Shown: one piece after another, positions 19,755-30,100 of the stretch
Position numbering within the stretch: the first letter of the stretch is position 1
How the letters are laid out: every line of letters starts with the position of its first letter
From: Dehalococcoidia bacterium
GTDB lineage: Bacteria > Chloroflexota > Dehalococcoidia > Lucifugimonadales > CAZENU01
Assembly (NCBI GenBank): GCA_965117035.1
Contig: OZ220748.1
Span: 2,927,992 to 2,991,991, forward strand
Direction of reading: 5' to 3'
DNA: 64,000 nt
The notes under the pieces: generated by a model
The model's input: only the letters and a program-made list of their open reading frames with translations
What the model was told of the DNA's origin: nothing
The model's database searches: none
Made by a program: the position numbers and the translations under genes

Positions 19755-21210
19755 GTAACTGTTCAGAGTTGAAGGGACGAACCCAAGAACCCCCAGCGTA
19801 GGGTTTGGCATTGGTGTCATAAGGGAGGGGTGGAAGCGACGTAGACCTGCAGAATGCGAGCCGCGAGACCCTGCTGTCGGCGATTGCCGTTCAGCGGGCG
19901 GTGATTGCCGATCTACGACGGCGTGTAGAGAGGCTGGAAGATCAGTTGAGCAGTCGCGGGGGAACGACAGGGATACCTGGCAATAAGCCGTCCAACAAGC
20001 GGCGTCATCCGGAGAGGAAGGGATCGAGGAAACGGCGTCTGCACGGCTTTGCCCGGCAGAGGATGGAACCCACGCATCGGGTGGTACATGCGCCTGAGTC
20101 GTGCCCTGAGTGTGGTACTGGCCTGTCAGGCGGCTGGGTACAGCGGACACGGGAAGTGATCGAGCTTCCGGTGGCGCCAGCAGAGGTGACCGAGCACGTC
20201 TTTGTGGCCCGGACATGTCCGATGTGCGACAAGCGGCGGTTGCCTCAAGAGCCGTTGGCGGGGTTGGCAATGGGGCGCCGGCGCTTGGGCCCCAACCTGA
20301 TAGGCCTGATCGTGACGCTTCGGGAAGAGGGACGGCTGCCGATCAGGAGCATCCAGTGGTACCTGCAAACAGTCCATCAACTGAAGCTGAGCGTGGGTGC
20401 TATCACTGATGTGATACATGCCGCAGCCCAACGGGCCGAACCGGTCGTGGCTGAGATGCTGGAACGCATCCGCGGCTCTCCGGTAGTGCACGCCGACGAG
20501 ACCGGCTGGCGGCAGGATGGCGTCAACGGCTATGTGTGGACCTTCAGCACTCCCACGGAGCGATACTTCCTGCGCCGTGGACGTGGCAAGGTTATGGTGG
20601 ACGAGGTGTTGGGAGAGTCTCCCGGTAGCACGCCCTTCAGCGGAGTGCTCGTGAGTGACTTCTACGCTGCATATAGTCAGTACACCGGCCTCAAGCAGCG
20701 CTGCTGGGTCCACCTGTTGAGGGACATCGATGAGCTCAAGGCGGTGTTCCCCCAAGACATCGCCCTGGCTAGGTGGGCCACAGCGGTGCGCCAACTCTAT
20801 GCCAGGGCAAAGGCATGCGCTGACGGCCCCAGCCGACCAGCCGCTGGCTACCAGCGATCAGCCTCTGCCAACCAGTTGATGCTGGAGAAGCTGCTGCTGT
20901 CGCTGTGCCAGCCCTTCTCCAACAACGAGAAGGCACCTCAAGCCAAGCTCTGCAGGCGCATGGAGCGGTTCATCAAGGAGCTGTTCGTCTTCGTGTCCCA
21001 TCCGGGTGTGCCATCCGAGAACAACGCGGCTGAACGGAGCCTACGCCACCTGGTGGTCAGCCGTAAGATCAGCGGCGGCACTCGCTCCGAGCGTGGCACC
21101 GACACCAAAATGGTTCTCGCGTCTCTCTTCGGCACTTGGAGGGTTAACGGCCTCAACCCTCTCTTGCAGTGCCGAGACCTGCTCGTTTCCCCGCAAGTCT
21201 GAACAGTTAC
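19755..21210 (+). mobile_element. IS66-family element, single-ORF type (1456 bp)
   Basis: The terminal repeats are gtaactgttcagagttgaaggga (19755-) and the reverse complement of tccccgcaagtctgaacagttac (-21210), with the first 13 nt identical. A perfect 8-bp target duplication TACTCGCC is present at 19747-19754 and 21211-21218. Confidence 0.85.
19901..21202 (+). CDS. IS66-family transposase
   Basis: It has a zinc-finger block (CPECGTGL...CPMCDKRR), the DDE region (VVHADETGWRQDG...VLVSDFYAAY...CWVHLLRD) and the C-terminus PSENNAAERSLRHLVVSRKISGGTRS. The homologous frame is open from 19823, so the true start is uncertain. Confidence 0.85.
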   Translation: MIADLRRRVERLEDQLSSRGGTTGIPGNKPSNKRRHPERKGSRKRRLHGFARQRMEPTHRVVHAPESCPECGTGLSGGWVQRTREVIELPVAPAEVTEHVFVARTCPMCDKRRLPQEPLAGLAMGRRRLGPNLIGLIVTLREEGRLPIRSIQWYLQTVHQLKLSVGAITDVIHAAAQRAEPVVAEMLERIRGSPVVHADETGWRQDGVNGYVWTFSTPTERYFLRRGRGKVMVDEVLGESPGSTPFSGVLVSDFYAAYSQYTGLKQRCWVHLLRDIDELKAVFPQDIALARWATAVRQLYARAKACADGPSRPAAGYQRSASANQLMLEKLLLSLCQPFSNNEKAPQAKLCRRMERFIKELFVFVSHPGVPSENNAAERSLRHLVVSRKISGGTRSERGTDTKMVLASLFGTWRVNGLNPLLQCRDLLVSPQV

Positions 21211-21218
21211 TACTCGCC

Positions 21219-22693
21219 GTGTAGATGTTCAATGAATATGTCGGGGCGTGACTGGTCAATGAAAATGTCAGTCCATGAAAGGACTGATGTTGACGACGAA
21301 AGAACAAAGCCGGATACAGGTTTTGAACGGAGTGACCGCGGGCGAGGTGACGGTGGAGATTGCGACGGGGCTGATGGAAGTGAGCGAGCGCCATGCATGG
21401 CGACTGCTGGCAGGCTACAGGAAGGAGGGAGCATCTGCCATAGCTCACGGCAACAGGGGCAGGAAGCCGTCAACGACCACGGACACAGGTACGCAGCAGA
21501 GAGTCAGTGAGTTGGCCGAAGGGCTCTACGCAGGTTTCAACCACACCCATCTGACCGAGGTACTCTCAGAGCGAGAGGGGATCGAACTGTCGCGCTCGAC
21601 GGTCAGGAGGATTCTGCTGGCCTCAGGCATAAGGAGTCCGCGACCCCGCAGAGCGCCCAGACGACAGTCGCCGTGAGCGTTACCCACAGGAGGGGATGCT
21701 GCTGCAGGTCGATGGCAGCCAGCACGACTGGCTTCAAGGCCGAGGCCCCTACCTGACATTGGTCGGAGCTGTGGACGATGCGACTGGGACGGTCCCGGCC
21801 GCCCTGTTCAGGGAGCAGGAGGATGCTCAGGGCTACCTCCTGATGCTCAGGGAGATCATCGAGCGGAACGGTGTCCCTCTATCGTTGTATAGCGACAGGC
21901 ACGGCATCTTCCAGCGCTCGCCCAAAGAGCCCGCAATCCTCGTAGAGCAGCTCAGGGGCGCGCGTGGCCCCACGCAGTTCGCAAGGGCACTCAAGGAGTT
22001 GGATATCGGTCTCGTCCTGGCCCACACCCCGCAGGCTAAGGGGCGTATAGAGCGGGTCTGGGGCACCTTCCAGGACAGGCTGGTCTCCGAGATGCGCCTC
22101 GCCGGTGTCTCGACCATTGAACAGGCCAACGAGGTGCTGCGCGACTTCATACCGCGCTTCAACCGGCAATTCGGTGTGCCTGCGGCCCAGCCCGACTCGG
22201 CATACCGTCAAGTGCCGACAGGTCTCTGCCTCGATGGCGTGCTCTGCTTCAAGTACGTCCGAATCGCGGCAAACGACAACACCGTACGGTTCGGAAGCTC
22301 GACCATACAACTCCTGGCCGACGAACATCGAGCCACCTACGCCCGTGCCAAGGTGGAGGTCCAGGAACGGCTCGACGGAACTATCGTGGTGGCCTACCAG
22401 GGCAGGATGCTCGCATCTGTACCAGCGGCACCGGGACCCGTGACACTCAGAGCTCGCAGCGCCAGCCGCCACAACGGCATTTCAGCCTCAGATCTGACCG
22501 GCGACCGAGCATATGACGCTCACTCACGCCCGATAGGCCCGGAGCGACGGAACGGAGCGAAGCGCCTACCGGGCGCCGAACCGCACCCGACAACCAAGAC
22601 CAGCCACCCGCGCAAACCCGCACTGGATCACCCTTGGAGAAGACCCCTGCTGACATAATCATTGAACATTTACCCTGACACTCTCACAACGAC
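21219..22693 (+). mobile_element. ISNCY-family (IS1202-group-like) element (~1475 bp)
   Basis: It is bracketed by a 16-bp direct repeat AGAGAACGTACTCGCC (19739-19754, now separated from the element by the IS66 insertion, and 22694-22709). The subterminal inverted repeat is ta[g/a]atgttcaatga[a/t]tatgtc (21221-21241 versus 22652-22672). Confidence 0.7.
21275..22658 (+). pseudogene. ISNCY-type transposase (HTH + rve core), frameshifted
   Basis: The HTH part is ORF 21275..21676 in frame 2. The integrase core is ORF 21696..22658 in frame 3 (MLLQVDGSQHDWL...LYSDRHGIF...AKGRIERVWGTFQDRL). The junction ...PRRAPR / DDSRRERYPQEGMLL lies at a CCC run near 21656-21658. Confidence 0.8.
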
Positions 22694-22709
22694 AGAGAAC
22701 GTACTCGCC

Positions 22710-22760
22710 GGTAGTGGCTCAGTTTGAAATCCGCCCTATTCCCCGCACTAAGACACTACC
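22710..22760. mobile_element. 51-bp mini-element made of two IS66-like inverted repeats
   Basis: ggtagtggctcagtt (22710-22724) matches the reverse complement of cactaagacactacc (22746-22760) at 12/15 positions. It is flanked by a perfect 8-bp duplication TACTCGCC (22702-22709 and 22761-22768). Confidence 0.65.
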
Positions 22761-22774
22761 TACTCGCCTAGATT

Positions 22775-24479
22775 CCCCACCCGAATAAGAAGAGTACCTC
22801 GTTGGCGCCCGCCGTGAAGGGGGCTAAGATGTTTCGAGAAAGAGCGAAACGATTACCAACGAGGTGCACCTACTATCAGGCAAGGCATACTGCCGTTCCA
22901 GTACGACGAGGAGAAGAGTTCGCCGGGTATGACGGGGCTGTCGGATCTGATGCCGTACTTGGAGTTGATGCACGCATCCGGCTTGAGGTCATCGTCAGAG
23001 CGCCACGTTGCACTGCGCGAGGGAGGACAGGGCGGGACAGACAGCCAGATGATCACCTCGCTGATACTGCTGAACCTGGCAGGCGGCAAGTCGGTGTCTG
23101 ACCTTGACCTTCTTGAGAAGGACGAGGGGTTGTCCAGGCTGCTCGAGAGTTCGAGACCTGTGGCATGCGCCGCACAGCGCAGATTGTTGGACAACAGGTG
23201 GCGAGTAGAGCGTCGTCGTAGCGTGCCGTCGGAGTCTGCGGTGTTCCGATACCTGGAGGGATTCCACGACTCGGAGGAGGAGGCGAAGCGGGAAGCTCAC
23301 CGAGCGTTCATACCTTCTGCCAACGCAGCGCTGAAGGGACTGGGGAAGGTCAACGCCGACCTGGTGGGCTTCGTGCAGAGCCGTTCGCCTCACACCGAGG
23401 CCACTCTGGACATGGATGCCACCCTGGTGGAGACGCGCAAGCAGGAGGCGCTCCACGGCTACAAGGAGTACAGGGCGTACCAGCCGCTGACGACCTACTG
23501 GTCGGAGGCCGAGTTGATTGTGCATTCGGAGTTTCGTGACGGCAACGTACCTGCGGGCCATCAGCAGCTGCGAGTGTTGACCGAAGCGCTGAGGGATCTG
23601 CCCGCCGGTGTGGACAAGGCGATGGTGCGGTCTGACACGGCCGGGTACCAGCAGGAGCTACTGCGGTACTGCGCCGAGGGGGTGGACGAGCGGTTCGAAG
23701 TGATCGAGTTTGCGGTGGGAGTTGACGTGACGCTGGAGTTCCGCCGCGCGGTGGCGCAGGTAGCCGAACAGGAGTGGCGGCCGCTGTACCGCAAGAAGGG
23801 CGAGCACCCGTGTGGACACGGGTCAGCAGTGGGCTGAGGTGAACTTCGTATCCAACTGGATAGGCCACTCCAGGAACAGCCCTGAGTACCGGTTCTTAGC
23901 TACCAGAGAGCGGTTGACCGAACAGCCGATGCCAGGAATGGAGGGTCAGATGGAGTTGCCCTTTGCTGCCATGGAGTTGTCCGGCAGAGGTTGGCACAAG
24001 GTGTTTGGAGTGGTGACCAACCGGGACCTTCCGGGGGACGAGGTGATCTGGTGGTCGAGGCAGAGGTGCGGCAAGGGCGAGGAGGTCCACGGCGTTCTCA
24101 AGAGTGACCTTGCCGGGGGCAGGCTGCCGTCGGGCCTGTTCGGCGCCAACGCCGCATGGTGGGCCATAGCGGTGCTGACTTTCAACCTGAACTCCGCGAT
24201 GAAGCGGCTGGTGTTGGGGGGACAGTGGGCGAGCAGGCGTCTGAAGGCAGTCCGCTTCGCGCTGATCTCCTTGCCAGGCCGGGTGCTGCGTCACGCCAGG
24301 AGACTGATCATCCGTCTTGCCCGTGGCCATCCCTCATACGAGTTGCTGCTGCTGGCGCGCCGTAGGATATTGGCGCTGGCTCCCGAGCCGTCCCCGGCGT
24401 AGATCGCTCTGCTCGACCATCGGTTGAAGGCGACTCAGTTGAGTTGCCAAGCCCAGCCATGCCTTCTTCGGGTTGAGAA
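22775..24479 (+). mobile_element. IS1380-family element (ends approximate, ~1.7 kb)
   Basis: It contains the IS1380-type transposase. The candidate inverted repeats are ccccacccgaataagaag (22775-) and the reverse complement of ccttcttcgggttgag (~24462-24477), with a 3-nt indel. Confidence 0.5.
22929..24402 (+). pseudogene. IS1380-family transposase, frameshifted
   Basis: ORF 22929..23837 (frame 3) and ORF 23812..24402 (frame 1) together give LILLNLAGGKSVSDL...LDMDATLVETRK...VRSDTAGYQQELL...QQWAEVNFV...YRFLATRE...WWSRQRCGKGEEVHGVLKSDL. The shift lies at a CCC run at 23807-23809. The homologous N-terminus (QGILPFQYDEEKSSPG) precedes the first ATG. Confidence 0.8.
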
Positions 24480-24979
24480 CAGCCCATAATGGTCGAGCGA
24501 GCGTTGCCGATACGCTCAAAGGTCTCGTCCCAGACCCGGTACACGCCCGATTATGTCATGCGGCACTCCTGGTAGACACCGACTATGCCCTGCAACCACA
24601 CACATCAACCGCCAACAATGTTGGGTGAGGGATTTGGGGTACACCTCCTGATTGCTCATTGACATCCTCCTGTCTATACTGAGGCTGGTCTCCCGCTCTG
24701 TCCCATCCTTGCAGATACGGACTTGATGCCCGGGCAATTTTTCGGGCTTTGGGGGACCGCGAAATCGATCTGTCACGCCCCTGTACCTTCACTCAACCCT
24801 ACCCGATTTCAAGATACAAGGGCGAGCGGGTGGTGTGCGTGACTGCCTCCTCCCCAGGCTAGGCTGGACTTTCGATGACCACGGTGCCGTGATGCCGGCG
24901 AAAAGCGGGAATCTACGGTGGCGCACCGCGTTCGTGGCACGGGTTGACGCCGGGGCAGCCTCCCGGCTACTGTGCGTGC

Positions 24980-25924
24980 ATGCCGGTCTCCCACGCCACA
25001 GAGGACTCGTCGCCCGCCATAGAGGTGCGCGGTCTGCGCAAGTCGTACGGCGGCGTGGAGGCGGTGCGGGGGATAGACCTGAGCGTGCGCCGGGGCGAGG
25101 TGTTCGCGCTGCTGGGACCCAACGGCGCCGGGAAGACGACGACGGTCGAGATCCTGGAGGGGCACCGCGACCGCAGCGCCGGCGACGTCTCGGTGCTTGG
25201 CCATGATCCGGGGCTGAACGACCGCGACCTGAAGCAGCGGATCGGCATCGTGCTGCAGAGCACGGGCGTGGAGCCGTACCTGAGCGTCGGGGAGACGATA
25301 GACCTGTTCCGCGGGTATTACCCCGCTCCGCTGCCGCTGGACGATATCCTGGACGTCATCGGGTTGGGCGAGCAGCGCCGCACGCGGGTGCGGCGCCTGT
25401 CCGGGGGCCAGCAGCGGCGGCTCGACGTCGCCATCGGCCTCGCGGGAGACCCGGAATTGCTGTTCCTGGATGAGCCGACGACTGGGCTGGACCCGGCGGC
25501 GCGGCGCCAGGCGTGGGAGATGGTCGAGAACCTCCGCTCCCTCGGCAAGACGGTGTTGCTGACGACGCACTACATGGACGAGGCAGAGCACCTGGCGGAC
25601 CGGGTGGCGATCATCGTGCAGGGCGAGATCGTCGCGGAGGGCACTCCCGGCGAGCTGGTGCGCGGGGGAGGCTCGACGATCATCCGGTTCGCGGTCGGGC
25701 CCGGCGCCGGCGCCCCGCCGGACGACCTGGGGGCGGCCAGCGCGGGCGGCGACGGGGCGTACACCATCGCCACGGGGGCGCCGACCGAAGCACTGCACCG
25801 ACTGACCGGCTGGGCGGTGGAACAGGGAGTCGAGCTCGGGGACCTGTCGGTATCGACTCCGACGCTGGAGGACGTGTTCATCGATCTCGTAGGCGCCCCG
25901 GAACGCGACGGTGAGGACGAGTGA
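24980..25924 (+). CDS. ABC transporter ATP-binding protein (ABC-2/DrrA-like)
   Basis: It has Walker A (GPNGAGKTT), the signature LSGGQQRRL and Walker B (LLFLDEPTTGLD). The start is 24944 or 24980. Its stop overlaps the permease start at 25921. Confidence 0.9.
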   Translation: MPVSHATEDSSPAIEVRGLRKSYGGVEAVRGIDLSVRRGEVFALLGPNGAGKTTTVEILEGHRDRSAGDVSVLGHDPGLNDRDLKQRIGIVLQSTGVEPYLSVGETIDLFRGYYPAPLPLDDILDVIGLGEQRRTRVRRLSGGQQRRLDVAIGLAGDPELLFLDEPTTGLDPAARRQAWEMVENLRSLGKTVLLTTHYMDEAEHLADRVAIIVQGEIVAEGTPGELVRGGGSTIIRFAVGPGAGAPPDDLGAASAGGDGAYTIATGAPTEALHRLTGWAVEQGVELGDLSVSTPTLEDVFIDLVGAPERDGEDE

Positions 25925-26694
25925 GCTCCCTGAAGCTGGCGCTGAGGCAGGTGCGGTACGAGAACAGGGCGTTCTGGCGCAACCCGCTCGCGGCGTTCTT
26001 CGTGTTCGTCTTCCCGTTGATGTTCCTGGTGATCTTCAACCTGCTGTTCGGCAGCCGCGAGCTGGATCTGCCGGGAGGGACGACGAACACGTCGACCTTC
26101 TACGTTCCGGCGATAGTGGCGATGTCGGTGATCTACACCTGCTTCAACAACGTGTCTATCGGCGTGTGCTTCGCGCGGGACCAGGGGCTGCTGAAACGCA
26201 TACGGGGCACGCCCCTGCCGGGCTGGACGTTCCTGTCCGGCCGAATCGTCCACTCGGTGCTGCTGGCCGTGCTGCTGGTCGCCATCGTCACGGCGGCGGG
26301 GGCGCTGCTCTACGACGTGGACGTGCCTACGAACACGCTGCCGGCGTTCCTGCTTACGCTCGCGGTCGGGGCGGCGACGTTCTGCGCCCTCGGGCTCGCG
26401 ATCACGGCGGCCATACCGAACGCGGAGGCGTCTCCGGCCGTGGTGAACGTGATGATCCTGCCGCTGCTGTTCATCTCGGACGTCTTCATCCCGCTGCAGG
26501 ACGCGCCATCGTGGCTGACGACCGTAGCGGACGTCTTCCCGGTGGGGCACTTCGCGTCGGCGCTGCACTCGGCGTTCGACCCGTTCGAGACGGGGACGGG
26601 GATCGAGTGGGTGGACCTGCTCGTGATGGCGGCGTGGCTGGTCGCCGGCCTCGCGGTCGCGGCGCGGTTCTTCTCGTGGGAGCCGCGGCGGTAG
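25921..26694 (+). CDS. ABC-2-type transporter permease
   Basis: A 257-aa protein with six hydrophobic helices. It is translationally coupled to the ATPase gene (GTGA overlap at 25921-25924). Confidence 0.8.
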   Translation: MSSLKLALRQVRYENRAFWRNPLAAFFVFVFPLMFLVIFNLLFGSRELDLPGGTTNTSTFYVPAIVAMSVIYTCFNNVSIGVCFARDQGLLKRIRGTPLPGWTFLSGRIVHSVLLAVLLVAIVTAAGALLYDVDVPTNTLPAFLLTLAVGAATFCALGLAITAAIPNAEASPAVVNVMILPLLFISDVFIPLQDAPSWLTTVADVFPVGHFASALHSAFDPFETGTGIEWVDLLVMAAWLVAGLAVAARFFSWEPRR

Positions 26695-26732
26695 GGGACG
26701 GGCCGACGCTCATCCCGGCGCTATCCCTTCCG

Positions 26733-27069
26733 AGGGAGGGGAGCTACCCGCGGCGTTTCGCTCAGCGGCGTGCGCGTCACCTCCCAGACCGGGGAGATGG
26801 GTTCACCATCGCTGCGGATGGGGCCGTCACCCTCACCCCAGCCCTCTCCCGTCGAGGGAGAGGGGGCAGGTCTTTTCCTCCCTCCCCTGGCGGACGGGAG
26901 CTAGAGGGAGGGGGAGCTACCCGCGGCGTTTCGCTCAGCGGCGTGCGCGTCACCTCCCAGACCGGGGAGATAGGTTACACCATCGCTGCGGATGGGGGGC
27001 CGTCACCCTCACCCCAGCCCTCTCCCGTCGAGGGAGAGAGGGCAGGTCTTTTCCTCCCTCCCCTGGCGG
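26733..27069. repeat. two tandem copies of a ~172-bp intergenic repeat, each with a REP-like hairpin
   Basis: The units start at 26733 and 26905 and are more than 95% identical by eye. Each contains tcaccctcaccccagCCCTCTCCCgtcgaGGGAGAGGG (stems at 26842-26864 and 27018-27040). The repeat sits between the convergent ABC-2 and RND genes. Confidence 0.85.
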
Positions 27070-27130
27070 GAGGGGCTATTCCACCGACGGCTGTTCGCTC
27101 GGTCGTTGGAGGGAGGGGTCTCGTGGCTCC

Positions 27131-30100
27131 TCAGCCGGTCGTCGGCTCCGGAGCGGGGCGCCGGCGGAGCAGGTTGGGGATGCTGTCGTTGAAGAGCGTG
27201 TAGATTATCGGTATGACGATCAGGGTGAGGCCGGTGGAGCTCATCAGGCCGCCGATGACGACCGTCGCGAGCTCGGCGCTGATGAGGCCGCCGCCGCTCG
27301 TCGCGACCGCCAGAGGCAGAAGCGCGAAGCTCGTGGTGAGCGCGGTCATGAGGATCGGGCGCAGGCGGACGCGGGCGCCGGTGACCAGGGCTTCGTGCAC
27401 GGGCATGCCCTTCTCCCTGAGCTGCTCGACGAACGCGATGAGCACGACGGCGTTTGTCACGACGATGCCGATGAGCAGCAGCATGCCCATCATGGCGGGC
27501 AGTCCCAGGGTGCGGCCCGTCACGGCCAGGGCGACGAGGGCGCCGATCAGGGCGAGCGGCAGCGTCGTCACGATGACGATGGGGTTCCTGAGCGAGCCCA
27601 GGCTGGCGACCATCACGAGGTAGACGAGCGCGATGCCCACGGCCATCGAGATGAAGATGGCCTGGAAGCCCTCCTGGATGTCGGACGATACTCCGCCGCT
27701 GACTACCCGCACCCCGGGCGGGCGCGTCACGGAGGCGGCCGCCTCGTCCACCAGGGCGCTCACCGCTTGGGTGTCCTCGCCCACGACGTCGCCGACTATG
27801 GTCGCCGACCGCTCGCCGTCGGTGCGGCTGATGGTGACCGGGCCCTCCCTGAGCACGACATCCGCGAGGTCGGCGAGCGGGGCGGTCCCGCCGGGGCCTG
27901 AGATGACGAGCCCCTCGACCTTGTCGACTCCGTTGACCGCGAGCGGGTCGGCGGTCAGCACGACGTCGACCGTCTCTCCCTCGATGGTCACGCTGGTGAC
28001 CTTGCGGCCGATGAGGTACTGGCTGACCTGGAAGCCGACCTGCCGGGTGGTGAGGCCGATGCGCGCGGCCCGCTGTGGGTCGACCTCTATGGAGACCTCG
28101 TCGCGCGCCTGCGTCACGTTGTCCTCGACGTTCACAACGCCGTCGATGGCCGATATGTCGGCGCTCAGCTCGCTGGCTACCGCGGCGATGTCGTCGTAGT
28201 TGGGGCCGGTGATGGTGATGTCGATTACTCCGGCGGGCGGGCCGGCGGCGACCTCCCTGATCCTCAGGGTGCGGCCCTCCTTGTCGAGCTCCTTCCTGAG
28301 CGTGTCGGAGATGTCCGCGGGGGCGTCGCTGGACAGGTTGGCGAGGATCCTGGCCTGGTTGAGCCCGGCGAAGGTCTCCGCGAACTGGAGGCTGGTCTCG
28401 CCGATGACGACGCTGTAGACCTCCGAGACCTCGCTGAGGCGCTCCTCGATCTCGACGACCTCGGCGAGGGTCCGGTCCGGGGGCGTGCCCGGCGGCAACG
28501 ACAGCTCCATCTCCAGGAAGCGGTCCGCTCCTGACGGAAAGAGCGTGATGGGGATCACGGCAGTAAGCCCCAGGCTGGCGACCGTGAGACTGAAGGCCGC
28601 GACCAGCGTGACGATCTTGTGCCGCAGCGTCCATTTGAGGACCGGCGTGTATGCGCGCTGCATCCACGTCTCCTGCATGATGACCTCGTCCTCCTCCACC
28701 TCGTCGGGGAGGTCGCCGGGGCGCAGCAGGTAGGCGCCCAGGACCGGCACGGCCGTCAGGGCAACGAAGAGGGACGCGATCAGGGCGAAGCTGACGGTCA
28801 GCGCGAAGGGGGAGAAGAACGCCCCCACGAGGCCCTGTATGAAGGCCAGGGGCGCAAAGACGACGACCGTGGCGGCGGTGGACGCGAAGATGGCGGGCCC
28901 CACCTCGGCGGTGGCCTCCAGGGCCGCGCGCCAGCGCTCCCTGCCGCCCTGGATATGCCTGTAGACGTTCTCCAGCACGACGATAGCGTCGTCGACCACC
29001 CGCCCGACGGAGATGGCGAGACCGCCGAGGCTCATGAAGTTGAGCGTCATGTCCTGCCAGTACATGAGGAGCACGCCGGTGAACACGCTGAGCGGGATCG
29101 AGAGGGCGATCACGATCGTGGGGCGCAGCGTGCTGAACAGCCCACGGACGACGGTCGGCCGTATGGTCAGCATGAAGGCGAAGACGACGCACACGGCGAA
29201 GAGGAAGCCGAATATGGCCTCCTGGGTGAGCGTGTCGATCTGCTCCTGGATTTCCGGGCCCTGGTCGGAGACGACCACGATTCCCATGTCCGGCGGGAGC
29301 CCGTCGATGCCGTCGATGGCTTCGCGGACGGCGGTCGTGACCTCGATCGTGTTCGCCTCCGGGGTCTTGACGACCGAGACGCTGACGCTGCGCTGGCCGT
29401 TGGTGCGGGAGATGCTCGTCGGAGCCGCGGCGCCGAAGCTCACGTCGGCGACGTCGCCCAGCCGCACGGGCCCGGCCGCCGACGCGCCGACGACGAGGTC
29501 CTCGATCTCCTGGACGGAGCCGAAGGCGTGCGTCGTCTTGGCGATGACGGCCTGGCCGCCGTCGAATATGAGACCGGCCGGCAGCGACAGGTTGTTGTCG
29601 CTGAGGGCGGCGGAGACCTGGGGCAGCGACAGCCCGTTCTCAGCGAGCCTGTCCGGGTCGACCGTGACGGCGACGCGCCGTTCCACCGTTCCGGCAGTGC
29701 GGACCTGCATGATGCCGTCGACGTCGGAGATCGCGGGCAGGACGCGGGACTGGACGACTTGCTGGATTTCGGAGACGTCCCGGTCCGAGACGACGCTGAC
29801 CTGTATGACGGGTATCTCGCTCGGATTCAGCCTGCCGACCGACGGCTCTTCGACGCCGGCCGGGAGCACGACGCTGTTCACGGCGGCGTTGACGTCGCCC
29901 TCGGCCGCCGCCATGTCCGTGCCGAACACGAACGTCGCGAGCACGAGGGAGCTGCCCTCGTTGGTGATCGACTCGACGCTCTCGAGGCCGTCGATTCCCG
30001 TGATGGCGCGCTCCACCGGCTCGGTGACGTCGCGCAGGACGGCCTCGGGCCCGGCCGACGGGTACCGGACGGAGACAGTGACCAGGGGGAACTCGATCTC

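Noticed and set aside
24516-24659. 47-codon minus-strand sORF (MSNQEVYPKSLTQHCWRLMCVVAGHSRCLPG...) with an AGGAGG 6 nt upstream
   Set aside because: The ribosome-binding site is good, but the peptide has no recognisable features. It lies in IS-flanking junk DNA and cannot be supported without conservation or expression data.
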